The position numbers were made by a program, and so were the translations under genes. Positions 1 to 11,452 of a DNA stretch of 64,000 bases are shown here, in pieces (the first letter of the stretch is position 1; every line of letters begins with the position of its first letter). The DNA is from Trichoplax adhaerens. Lineage: Eukaryota > Animalia > Placozoa. The stretch is from contig NW_002060946.1 of assembly GCF_000150275.1 (NCBI RefSeq), positions 5,165,454 through 5,229,453 on the forward strand, read 5' to 3'. The notes below the pieces were generated by a model that was given only the letters and a program-made list of their open reading frames with translations, made no database searches and had not been told where the DNA came from.

Positions 1-877
1 GAGTAAATGTCTTGTTTGTCAGTATGTTTGTCGAAAATTTTGGTGTAACTTACAATAATTTATTCATAGCCAATCATCTGTAATAGACTGTAGCAGTAGA
101 TAATGTTATAGTTGGAATGAAGCTATCTTACATAACTTTGTGATCTTAAAAGTTGCGCAAATAAAAATTTCCGAGTATTATAAAGTAATGGTTTACAGGT
201 ACAATTTTTAATCTTGTGGATGGTATCAAGACGCTCGTAACGTTAAGCACTGAGATTCCTACATAAGCATTAACAGCAAGTTGACCGACACCTGAAACGA
301 AAATGTAGCTAGTTCTAGCTATATAAAAATGACCATAATATGTACCCAAACATGAGCTTTACAGCGCTAGTAGGTCAAGCTATTTAGAGTATTCGCTGAT
401 GATAGCGCCTTTACAAATTTTAATAAATAAATTACTTGCATATCGCTAATCCAATAAGGCACTACTAGCTATGTTAAACATTGACGATATATCACTATCC
501 CCTGCTTATCGTTAATCCAAGCTTAATTGAGCTATTTTGTTCATCCCAAAATGCTATACAGGTCAATACAGTTAGTTAGCAGTTAATGTAGAAATATACA
601 CTAGCTGCTGAGTGAACTGCAACCTCCCAGTTTATCGCCTTAAGGAGTTGTAGATTAGTAATCCATTCCTAGTGCTTTAAACGCAAGTGCAACGCTATTG
701 TACAATAATGCTTAGACGTAGCTCCGATATATTTGCTCATCTATTACTAGAGCCCGTATCCAGTACCTAAAATGCCATACCAAGTCTGTATACTCGACAG
801 TATATTAGGTGCTACAATTATAAAGAGCTATCGTGGTTAATCTAGTATACTACCCAGGCAAAATTCTAAAGTCACAA

Positions 878-975
878 CACGTGATCAAGCTGCGTTGCCA
901 AGATTCCATAGCAACGCTTTTATCCATGACTCTTAAAATCATTTTCTGTACTGTATACTAAATAACATGGCAACC
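878..975. promoter_or_regulatory. Candidate RFX X-box cluster upstream of DYNLRB
   Basis: GCGTTGCcaagattccataGCAACGC inverted repeat (892-917) containing X-box-like GATTCCATAGCAAC; second half-site ACATGGCAAC (~965-974); E-box CACGTG at 878-883. Confidence 0.45.
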
Positions 976-1460
976 ATACGGACACTGACGTTGAATTTAT
1001 TAATTATATTGTGTTTGTATCTTCCCATTCCAAATAACCCTTTAGTGTTGGTAAATTATTTCGTTGTCTATAGTTTGATATTAAATCAAACATGCTATCG
1101 TGCACAGCATTTATACTCATTCTTGCCTACTGAATGAGTAGCAAATCTTACTGAGATGATTTTAGTATCTAATCGATGCTAACAGTCGACGGATGGTAGT
1201 TATATACGTGTATGCATGAATACATAGTTTGATTATTGGCTAGCGGCGCTATAGTTTCTTAAACATTAAGGTTGGCCAAGTAGTAATCTGATACTTCAGT
1301 ATAATACTAAATAAGGAACGACCATCAACATTCCTGACCTGCTACAGACTTATTAAAGTATAGCTGCGTATAATACCGTTCGAAGTTGAAAAGACGACAA
1401 ATTGACCTTGTTAATTTAAAAACATCGACTTTAATATCTTCAATATACTGTATAAAAGAT

Positions 1461-2500
1461 ATGGTAAGATTGATCTAGCTATTTAAACGTAATTATTTTA
1501 TGCTTTTAATCAACGAAATCTTGTCGTGATTGCCAAAAATATTTTACTTACAATCATCGCTTGGGTTACCCGTAGAAATTATTTCAACCTGCACTAGAAA
1601 GAGGATTAGTACGAGCTTAAAGTTATACGAATGTTAATGAAATGAGGATGTTATAAATTTATTGCAACCATTTTATCATTTTTACTGCTCGATCGTTTAC
1701 AATTTAACTTAAAGCATTACGTTTGTATAACCATCTGAAATGCAAAAGATGATACGAAAAGTTGTAATTATCGTAAAATATTAAGAAATTCTCGCATACT
1801 CTTAGGGTGACGTAGAAGAAACTTTGAAACGTATCCAAAGTCATAAAGGCGTGATTGGGATCATTGTTGTTAATAATGAAGGTACGCATATCCTACTATG
1901 GTGGCTTTGACAATTAATCATAGCCAATGGATACATAAACTTATCCTACAGAATAGCGTTACCCTAGCCTTACTAAAAGACTTAAAATTGTAGCTGAAAA
2001 TGTACTTATCGTCCTTTTCGTAGGTATTCCAATCAGAACTACAATGGATAATTCTACAACAACGCAGTATTCAAGCCTTCTCCATCAGCTTGCCGCTATG
2101 GCTAGAGGAGTTGTCCGCGATGTCGATCCACAGGTGCCATAACATCCTATTATAGCTAATTTTGATATTGCCTCGAGTTTACATAAATTCTTTCTTCAAC
2201 TAAAGAACAGTTTTTGATGCTATGCTTAAACCGATTATAAAACACTTTACGAATAAAATTAAAGGTATGCTAAATTCTAAATTGATTTCTATCACTAGAA
2301 CGATTTGACCTTTCTAAGAATTCGATCTAAAAAACACGAAATCATGGTAGCACCTGGTACATTTCTATACTATAAAATAACTCTAAGAACTTGACATCTT
2401 TTCATCTTACCCGATCTAAAAGTTGCTATTATCTATCTTATTTTCGAATACTTTAGACAAGGAACATGTCTTGATTGTTATTCAAAATCCAAATGAATAA
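1461..2500 (+). CDS. DYNLRB: Dynein light chain roadblock-type (LC7/Roadblock), 5 exons, 96 aa
   Basis: Exons 1461-1463 (ATG only), 1806-1881, 2024-2133, 2299-2356, 2457-2500; all introns GT-AG; total 291 nt. Translation [96 protein letters not shown] closely matches vertebrate DYNLRB1/2. Missed by the ORF track because the exons are short. Confidence 0.96.
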
Positions 2501-3726
2501 CCCATTTTAAACCGATACTCTATACGACGAAGTATTCAATATGATCAAGCTCACAGCTAACAACATTATATTAAATATATATAATTTTCTATAGTAAAAT
2601 TGGTATACTTCGACAATTCATGCTTACACTTTCTGTATCGTTCTTCTCCAATAATAATTTTTATTCCTTTATTAAAATTATAATCAACACAAATCATGTT
2701 CATTTAAGAAATTACCTAAAATTGTATAGTGAATTCTATCATTACATCATTTCCCTTCTACAAATACAAAACTGGCCATATGCTGGATACTTTCTAATTT
2801 GGTTTGCTGGCTAGCTTCAAAAGTATATTAATTAATTAATTAATGTACAAGTAAATAAAATATAAGTCTATACTCTTTTGTGTGACTGTGCCTGATCTGT
2901 AGTAATGAGCTCTTCCTGTAATCTGGAATTAGTTTATTCGAACAGCATGCATACGATAGTACAGTATACTTACTACTGCATACTTTACGGCTCTCTTGTG
3001 CTTGTATGCAGCGAAGAGACAGTTAGCTGTCAGTTTACTGTACATTTATTACTTTAGCAAAATTATACTCATATACACAAACAAAACCATTATAGATGTG
3101 ACTTATAGTCCCAGCTAAATATTTCGTGTATATTGATTGCTTTCCGCAAAGGCGTACTTAGCAAATGATGAAACAAGTGACATTGTAAAATCTATGTTAA
3201 GTAGCTCACTGGTAGCAATGCAATGTATGTTTGTTGCATTGTCATGACTAACCATTTATAAATCTATACTTTTACTAAGACAATTTATTAGCATATTGAC
3301 GGTATTTACTTCACTAATCAACCGTGGTTAATAACATACAAGTAGTTGCTATAAATCTCGTATTTGCATAGACAAAGTGAATAAATGTAATTTAACATAA
3401 TCAGTTGAGCTAGTAAGATTTTGTATAATTAATTAATCAATTCACTTAATACTTAATAAATCCAAATTATATACGACTATATATGTGTATGCAATTGTAT
3501 AAAAACCCTTTTACATTTTCATTTTGTACCGTTTACAAATTAAGAGTGAAACAATAATTGATAAAAAGATTGAGCAACATCAAGACATAAAACCAAAGTA
3601 TAGTACATCTATTAAATCAGTGCTTACAGATCATTTAAACAAGTCTATTGATTAGATAATACAATCATATAACTGTAGCTTACATTATCAAATACAGTTG
3701 TTTATCGAACAATAACAGCTGTAGAT

Positions 3727-6700
3727 CTAAACGTCACAGTAGCTCGGTTCTTTACGATTTGAAGGTATTCTACCCAATTGCCATCCTTGGATATCAGTTA
3801 ACAATTGATTAATAGCTGATGTCCATTCAGTTCTTTCCTCCTTGCAATCAGCGGATAGCAAATATCTAACAAGTAGGAAAATAGATTAAGTTTAAAGGAT
3901 ACATCAATAATTTTTAACAACGACGCTAATACTTGACTTACTGAACTTTAACTTGACCAGATTTGTTAACCGGTCGTAAATAGTGCATATCGAGTCTAAA
4001 AGTATGACGTCTGAAGCACTCTTCTCTAGGTAAAACGTGGACACTTTCGGTAACGCAATAGCGCAAATCTAATTTTGTAATGGGAGTCTGAAAAATTTGA
4101 TACCAAACAGTCAATTGCAAAATAAAATTTTCGTACGCAATCACTTAATTATCTATCACAAGAGAATAAAACATACTTGACCCTTCTCTTCGTCTTCAGG
4201 ATAATTCCATAAATTTATGGCGTATGGAGTTATTTTGCACCATCTTCGTCGCCATGTTTCCACGTTGTAACCTCCAATGTCATCGTGAACATTCTAAATA
4301 TAACAGTAAATTTAAACGATTAGATTCGAGTCCTAATTTTAAATCGCATATCTAATCATAAAGTAACCTACCAAAAATCCCCGATGTTCGATAACAGACA
4401 TTGGGTTACACTTTGTAGTAACGTGAATGTACGAAGACAAAGGTGACGGCTTGACGATCTATATTAAATTATTTCAGAATATTACAATCATGGTTTGAAG
4501 TACACTTTTTACCCAATTAAACGAATGACATACCTGTTCTAATTCATAAGTATCATTACGTAAAGTATGGCGATCAATTTTCGCTACTGCAATTAGTTCA
4601 AATCTCGTTTTCTTCAGGTTAGTATGCTGTGGAATATTAGCTGTTTTGGGGGTATTTGACAAGGAATGTGATGTACTTCCTTTTGCCTAGTATTCATTAA
4701 GTTGAGAAATTGTTATCCATTAATCAAGAACATACAGATAAACTAGTTAATGAAAACTCTTTCCAGCTTAATGAAAAGTCAAATTGCTGTAGTATCATCG
4801 ATATACCTGTGAACGACCAGTCAACATGTTCATAAACTTCTTTGGTGTTTTTGGAGAAGGCTAAATGTATTGTTCAAATAGCTTTTAGTATGACTTTTTA
4901 AAGCTATATAATATTACGTCATAATAACTTGATAAATTACCTTTGGAAATAAATTTTGTTTTTTCACTTTGGGTGTAGTCAATTTGTTCCCTGACGTATT
5001 TCCCGAATTATTTACATTTTCAGTAACATTTTGACGCTTTAGTGAAAGCAAACAGATTTGAGGTTAGCTGAAGATTATTATAATGGGTTAAAATATGTCT
5101 ACGAAGTATAAACTTACCAGACAGTAAATCTCGACTCTCAAAGATACATTTCGATTGACGTTTTTTCTAGTTTTAATTAAATCAAATAAATAAGCTATTG
5201 GCGTCGGTAACAGTAAGTGTAGAAACGAAATAAGGTTTATTCTAACACCGCTCCTCTAATACAACTTACAGATTAATTTCATTTGCAAAGGCCATTTCTT
5301 TTTGTAAGCCGTCTCTTGTTGAATATAAGTTAGAGCTAAGTGTGGTCAATTGGTTATCCCGTACCAATACCATGAAAGAATGAACTATATTATCTTGAGA
5401 AAATAATTAGGTCAATATTAATTAATGGCATAAAGCAAAATAAAAGTGAAAATTGAAGATGCTAATACTAAAGAGAATTAACAGTTACCATTTGATTCCG
5501 CAAGAAATTCTCGATTAAAAGGGATTCTAATATCTGGGTAAAACAAATTTCAAACACTAAGAGAATGTAGCTCATAAGAATTTTCATCCTAGAATGTATG
5601 GATAATTTTTACCTGATAGGGATAAATCTGTGTTAACTGGTCGAAACTCGGATTGGTTATGTAATACAGAATCACTCATAGTTAAATTCGTATCCCCTCG
5701 AAGTCGTTGCACTTGATCTAAACATGCTTGATGGCGGGTAGCTAGAAGGCAAATAAAATATATATAATTGATACATAGCCATAATATCACTCATAAAGTT
5801 CCTAAGGCAATGATGATACATGATAGCATCTTGTTATGCATTGATTTACCTGCAAGAAGAAGAGCTTTTTCAGCTTCAGCTTCTTCGATACTACCAGGAT
5901 GACAAATTCCAAGAGCATTGCTTGCTTGAAACTGAATTGCTTGTTGCGTAGCCGCTTCTTCTAAAATGATCTATCATTTTATAAAATACACGATCATAAG
6001 GTAAAAGGTTGTAAGGTTAATTTGCCAAAAAGTTGTAAATAATCTCAAAGTCAAATTATTCAGAGTACTTACGCGTATATCTTCTTGATGCCCGTCACCT
6101 TTCTTTTCGGAAAATTCTTTTAATGATTCACCAGCCATTTTATTTAATTTTTGTTGCATGAAATTACCACAAAATATACCGGTACTAGCTCTGTTTGATA
6201 TATCTGGAGTTGGAAGATTCAACCTTTCTTGGCTTCGGCTTACTGGTTCAAGTTCGCTCTTACGCTTAGGGGCGATGGGCGGTAAGTTTTTCTGATTGTC
6301 ATGTGAAGAGCGTCGCTGTTGTGGAGTTGTATTGCTGCTTCTACGTTTCTCACTAGGTGCATTAGTTGCATTATTCCGGTATGTATGAGGAGTGTTATGT
6401 TCAGAATGGTTGTTATTTGACCGTTTAGGAGGGACAGGAGGATGTCGCGGTAATTTGCGCCTTGGTTGGTCTTCATCTACAATTTCTGCGATCAATCAAA
6501 AATACAAAGTGTTACCTTTGCATGCCATTTATTAAAATAATAAATAATGTGTAAGTAAGACTGCAGGAATCTAATTCATTACTTTGAGCGGTCTTGGGTG
6601 TTTCAGTAGGTGGAGAAACCAGTCCCAAACAGAGGTCAAACGGTGTTAGTACATTCGACTGACTTTCTTTATTATTCTTTAATGATGGGTGATAACCTAA

Positions 6701-9335
6701 ATGAAAAGGTACTATTGGTCAAATAAGCCTCAACTCTGAACTAAAATTTGGTATTCCATCTCAACTTTTAACATATGTCATATGATTTAACAAAGATTAT
6801 CATCAACCGGCAAATCACTACGCTATACCTGGACTGTTTTCATTTCCTACAGGAGTAGTTTTCGTTATTGTTGATTTATTTTCGCTAGACGTAGGCTGCA
6901 CAATATTGTTAATAACATTTCTAGAGGAAATTCTCTTCTCCATAGTTTTAGCTCGCGATGGTGGAGATGATTTTTCTTCACTTTCCGATACGGACGATGT
7001 ATTGTCATCTTCCTCTACTCTAAGAGAATCTGCTGCATCTACAGTAGGACGTACAGTAGGCTGTACAACTTGACGCTTAACTTCTTCTTGGGGAGTCTTT
7101 ACAGTAACAACCTCATGTTTTTCATCTCGTGCCGGTATCTGAGTAGTTTCATCTTCTGACTTTGCACAATTATCGAGATTACTATCATCTACTTCCATAT
7201 CTTTGGATTGTTGAGTGTCATCAGTTGTCAATTGACTCTAAAAATGCGATGGTATAATGGATGTTAAAATCATACCTGTGTAATGCTCCTACAGACTACA
7301 GTACGGCACGGGATATTGGCATCAATTGGGTATAGAACTATTGATCATTACTGACGTAAATCAGCTATTATTATTGATGTTATTGAACCATATTCAAAGT
7401 TGTTATACTGAATCCTAATTTAAATTTTTAGCTGCTCTTAACTAGATTTATATTATCGTGCTCAGCTCTTCAGAGTAATATTCCTGCTGAATAGACACCT
7501 AAAATAAGTAATACGACGTGAGAGTCTTTCTTGATCTCACCTCATTTTGCGTGATACCGGAACTTCCTTGCATTACTTTCTTACGTTCTAGACGTGAAGC
7601 TAATTCAGCTTGTTTTTTATTTCTTCGTCTTTCAATTTCTTCTTGCTGTTGTTTCTGTTGTTGAAATAGCATAGCCTTACGGGCTCTGATCGATTGGGTA
7701 ACATTTTCTTTTTCCTGGCTAGAACTTTCATCATTGGTGCCATTGGTGTTCAAATCATTATCACTAACGATTGGATCGCGCTTTACAGTTTGCTTGTTAC
7801 CTACTTTGTTAAATCTAACGTAATAAATGAATAATAGACATACAGTGAGTATTTCAAGGCTATAAATTAGGCGCTTATTGTTAGGCTGTAGTAGTTGCTA
7901 ATTATGCTATCATTGGATAAGCCAACTATATCACTGTGAGATAGATACTGTACAGTAAATAAAACCATGAGAAAAGCATAAATTGAGACATCAGATGAAT
8001 AGTTATTGTTAAGAAAGCGTCTGATAATGACTACTCATATATAAACTGATGTATATATGACAATATAATACACTGCATATTAATTATGCTGTATATATAC
8101 TGCCAGATAGCAAACTGTAGCAATGCTCATTTCTACCAGAGACTCTAAGGCAATGTCTACTTACCGCATGTAATCGTATGCGCATCTATGTATTAGTGCA
8201 TCGCAATAAAAATATTGTACAGGTACATATAAAGTTATTTTCCAGATTAGTGACAAAACCTACGCTTTGCAGGCTTGCAGTTTCATTTACCTGTCAACTC
8301 TTTCGCGAGTATTGATGCAACGTCGTTTAGCAGTGTCGAGACGAACACCGCTAAAATTTCTTTCTCTATTATCATTAACGTCATCTTCCCTCAATGGCCT
8401 CTTTCTTCTGCCATTTCCACTCCTAATTTCTTCAAGATCCTTCACCTTGCGAGCTAGATTCTCACGTCGTGCTTTCGTTCTTTCTAGTAATTTCTAATAG
8501 AGAGAATCAACTTGTTAGCTAATGAGTTAAACTGGTATAACCACTAAAATTAAAACAACAATCTGATCAGAAGCGAAGCAAAACCATGGCAAGATGATTG
8601 TAATATCGATCATATCTCCATGTATGCTGCATCATACATCATAGTATCGTATTGATAATATGATTACGATAGAAAAATTCTTTGCAATGTGTCGTTAGTG
8701 ATCTTAATATTGTATTATTCATGAATAAACCAACTGTCATTGATGCTGAAGAGGAATAAACGATTACACTTGCATCACTACTTTCCATCGTGTATTCAAA
8801 TTATAAGCAAATTTATTTGAAGCAAGCACAATAAAGCATTTGCAAGACGTTTTCATGGTTTGCCAGATAGAAAGTTAAGTGGTAGGTGCGTATAGTTGAC
8901 TTGATCCGGACAAACATAGGACAAAAGTGCATCAACGTCGTAGTGATTTATTTTTTATACTATCTTTTACTTGACTTAGACATCACTATCGACTGTGATT
9001 GATGTTGAAGAAAAATGAACGTACTTGTAGTTGGTACTGTGACTGTAATATTAAGATCATCGTCATGCAAGGTTGTTTAGTCCTTCAACTTGACAAGTTT
9101 TCTTGCCATAGCAAAATGGGGCAAAAATGCAACCAAACTACGTCAACTGTGACGTTTACCATTGCCGTTATTGACACTCAAACCATGGATTGCACTCATG
9201 GCTAATCACTTGCCAATTCTATTACTATTTTTATGGGTTTAGCGAAGCTTATTAATTAATCGATTGATTCTTGGTAACGATGCTTCGACGAAAAACAAAT
9301 TTGAAATTGCCTCTTACCTGTGTAAATTCATCCAT
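3727..9335 (-). CDS. ANLN: Anillin (cytokinesis scaffold; AH/RBD-C2 region plus C-terminal PH domain), 18 exons, ~896 aa
   Basis: Exons (minus) 9335-9318, 8493-8291, 7814-7541, 7237-6829, 6696-6583, 6485-6073, 5970-5850, 5741-5613, 5533-5489, 5393-5270, 5166-5118, 5036-4941, 4860-4807, 4686-4534, 4458-4372, 4293-4177, 4087-3942, 3865-3727; sum 2691 nt, in frame. N-terminus MDEFTQKLLERTKARRENL (human MDPFTEKLLERTRARRENL); AH motif QASNALGIC..GSIEEAEAEKALLLA; PH motifs HRGFL, WRRRWC, LWNYPEDE, YLLSADCKEERTEW. Confidence 0.95.
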
Positions 9336-11452
9336 GACTTTTTAGGTTGTCGTTGGATTGATAGAAGCAAATGTTGATTTCTTATTACAGGTCGCTCGAA
9401 CTGGACTAGTTGACGATTACAGTTGTTGATCAATGGGTAACTAGCTTGTTCAACGATGGAATATATCGACTAACCGACTTTCTCTTTCTCCTAGCACACT
9501 TCACACTTGAATTTAAATAACTTGGAAGTATTTAAGAGGAAGAAACGTCGCTAAACATTCGTTAGAATTTAAATTGACCGCGATGGTTCGACTGCGCACG
9601 AGCGATGAAATTTGAATTGGTGAGCTTGCGTAGTGTGTGTTGTTGAGCTGATATTGGGAGGTGTTAAGTCGGCATAGTAGTACAGTAACTGTATACTTTG
9701 CATAAGGGCATTCCGTCATAGTCGGCCAACTATAGGGATTTTTGGAAAAAAAGGAATTGTGAAATGAAAGGCCTCTTATTAATTCTCGAGAAAAGGACTG
9801 ATTTACGTCAAGCTCTACGAGAAATGGAGGTCTTACTGGCGCGGATACTTGATGCAAACCATATACTGTACAGTAGGAAAAAATGATGTCACTTAACGAT
9901 TTCCGGTATCTCAGCGCCTGTAGGCAATACTGTACTGAGGGGAGACATCATTTTTGCTAGCAATTGAAGGCTATACGCAGGTACAGTACAGCAGAGTAGA
10001 CTGCTGTCTATGACATGTAGCGTACAGCATATTAACGTATGACAAAATGGCGAGCAAAATGGATATCACCCTATCCACAGTACCTAGTACTCCCTTTACA
10101 GTACAAAAGAGCCTAATCGAGCATTCCTGAGATGAAAAAAAATTGGGCTGTCAGGTCTAATTCGGAGGCTATGCAGTGAGCAGACTGAAACTGCGATAAT
10201 CAATAGTCTGATTGCTAAAATAGTTTATTTGTTTCAATCGTAGTCCATTACTATGAAGCTCATGGCATTCATACTTCTTCTATCGATCCTAATAAGAATA
10301 GAAAATGTTTCTTGCCGCAAGAGAATGCTGTACTAGCTCCAAGTCCGGTCGATGAGATGATATCGTTTTGCACAGCTTTGTACACAGCTGTTGTATGACC
10401 AAGATATCAATGACATGACTCTTGTGAATAACTGGTACATCAGCAAGAGATGTTGTTCTACTGTATTGTGCAATGGAATCCGTTCATTGCATTATACAGT
10501 AATATGCTGTCATCGTCAATATTACAGGATATACTACTATACAGATTGGCGGACGATCTAATGAAGTTGTCTTATGATCCTTTCTGTTGCAAAATTCATG
10601 TCGCCAGTGCCTTCCTACAGTGCAAAGTTTTTCCACATTTTGTGCTGCTTAGTACTGTAATATACAGTATAGTACTGTGCTGTACAGTACTGTACAGCAC
10701 AGTACTACAGTATACTGTACCACCGGGCTACAGTCCATCTTACTTGTACTGTACCTTGTAGCACCAGCCCAACTCATTGCTATGATACCAAAAACAAGCA
10801 CAAACCTTGGCGTTCGGCAATTTGATTGGGTGATGGAAAGTATGAATTTATTAGGTTATAAATTATTGACATCGACGCATAATATTTTCCAAGTTACACT
10901 AAATAAAGCAGACTGCTGACTAATGTTCGATACACGATTCGTTATATATTATGCGTCCATGCATTAACTAGATGCGTATTGAACTAGACAGTATGTATAA
11001 TATGATGAAACGGTCAAAACTACAAATATTTTGTAAATACTAAATTTGAGATATCCTTGGGCCAAATATTATCCAGTTGAAATTATTGGATTCCATCCAA
11101 TTGTGGTTGTGGTCTATTTTATACTCATTAGTCGTATAATATATACCCGTTTGAAGCCAATTCTTATCGATCGAGATTATTGACGGCTATTTAGCAGCAG
11201 CGATTATGAAATAATATTGATTACGATAAGTATTGACCGTAGGTTTGAACCAACTCAATCAGTTAAACAACAACTGCGTAATAAGTCTGAAGAAACAAGT
11301 TCCCAACATTCATATTGTGATAGGAGATTGGACTCCCAATCAATCAGTCTTACAGGCATAGGTGTTATCAATACTTCAATTCTTGGATCAATTTATATTA
11401 TTACGAGGCCGCGAAAGACTTCAAGCCTTAGTGAACGCAAACGTATTTCAAG
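9336..11452. promoter_or_regulatory. Divergent (head-to-head) intergenic/promoter region between ANLN and RPGRIP1L
   Basis: About 2.1 kb between opposite-strand start codons; ATTGG boxes (~9616, ~9653), TTTGAA (~9611), YY1-like AAAATGGCG (~10044) and many TACAGTA/TACTGTA motifs. Confidence 0.5.
10670..10707. repeat. Perfect 38-bp palindrome
   Basis: TAGTACTGTGCTGTACAGT|ACTGTACAGCACAGTACTA; flanked by TACTGTAATATACAGTA (10653-10669) and overlapping TACAGTATACTGTA (10706-10719). Confidence 0.95.

Noticed and set aside
5960-6073. Apparent frameshift or GC donor between anillin exons 6 and 7
   Set aside because: Resolved by the canonical acceptor at 5971-5972 (exon starts at 5970), which keeps the frame
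8267-8497. Plus-strand ORFs here, and similar ORFs at 1704-1889, 14806-14991 and 15674-15976
   Set aside because: Antisense shadows of real ANLN, DYNLRB and RPGRIP1L exons
9513-10919. ORFs 9513-9857(-), 10450-10761(+), 10677-10919(+)
   Set aside because: No recognisable protein; two run through the TACAGTA palindrome block, so they are most likely chance ORFs in promoter DNA
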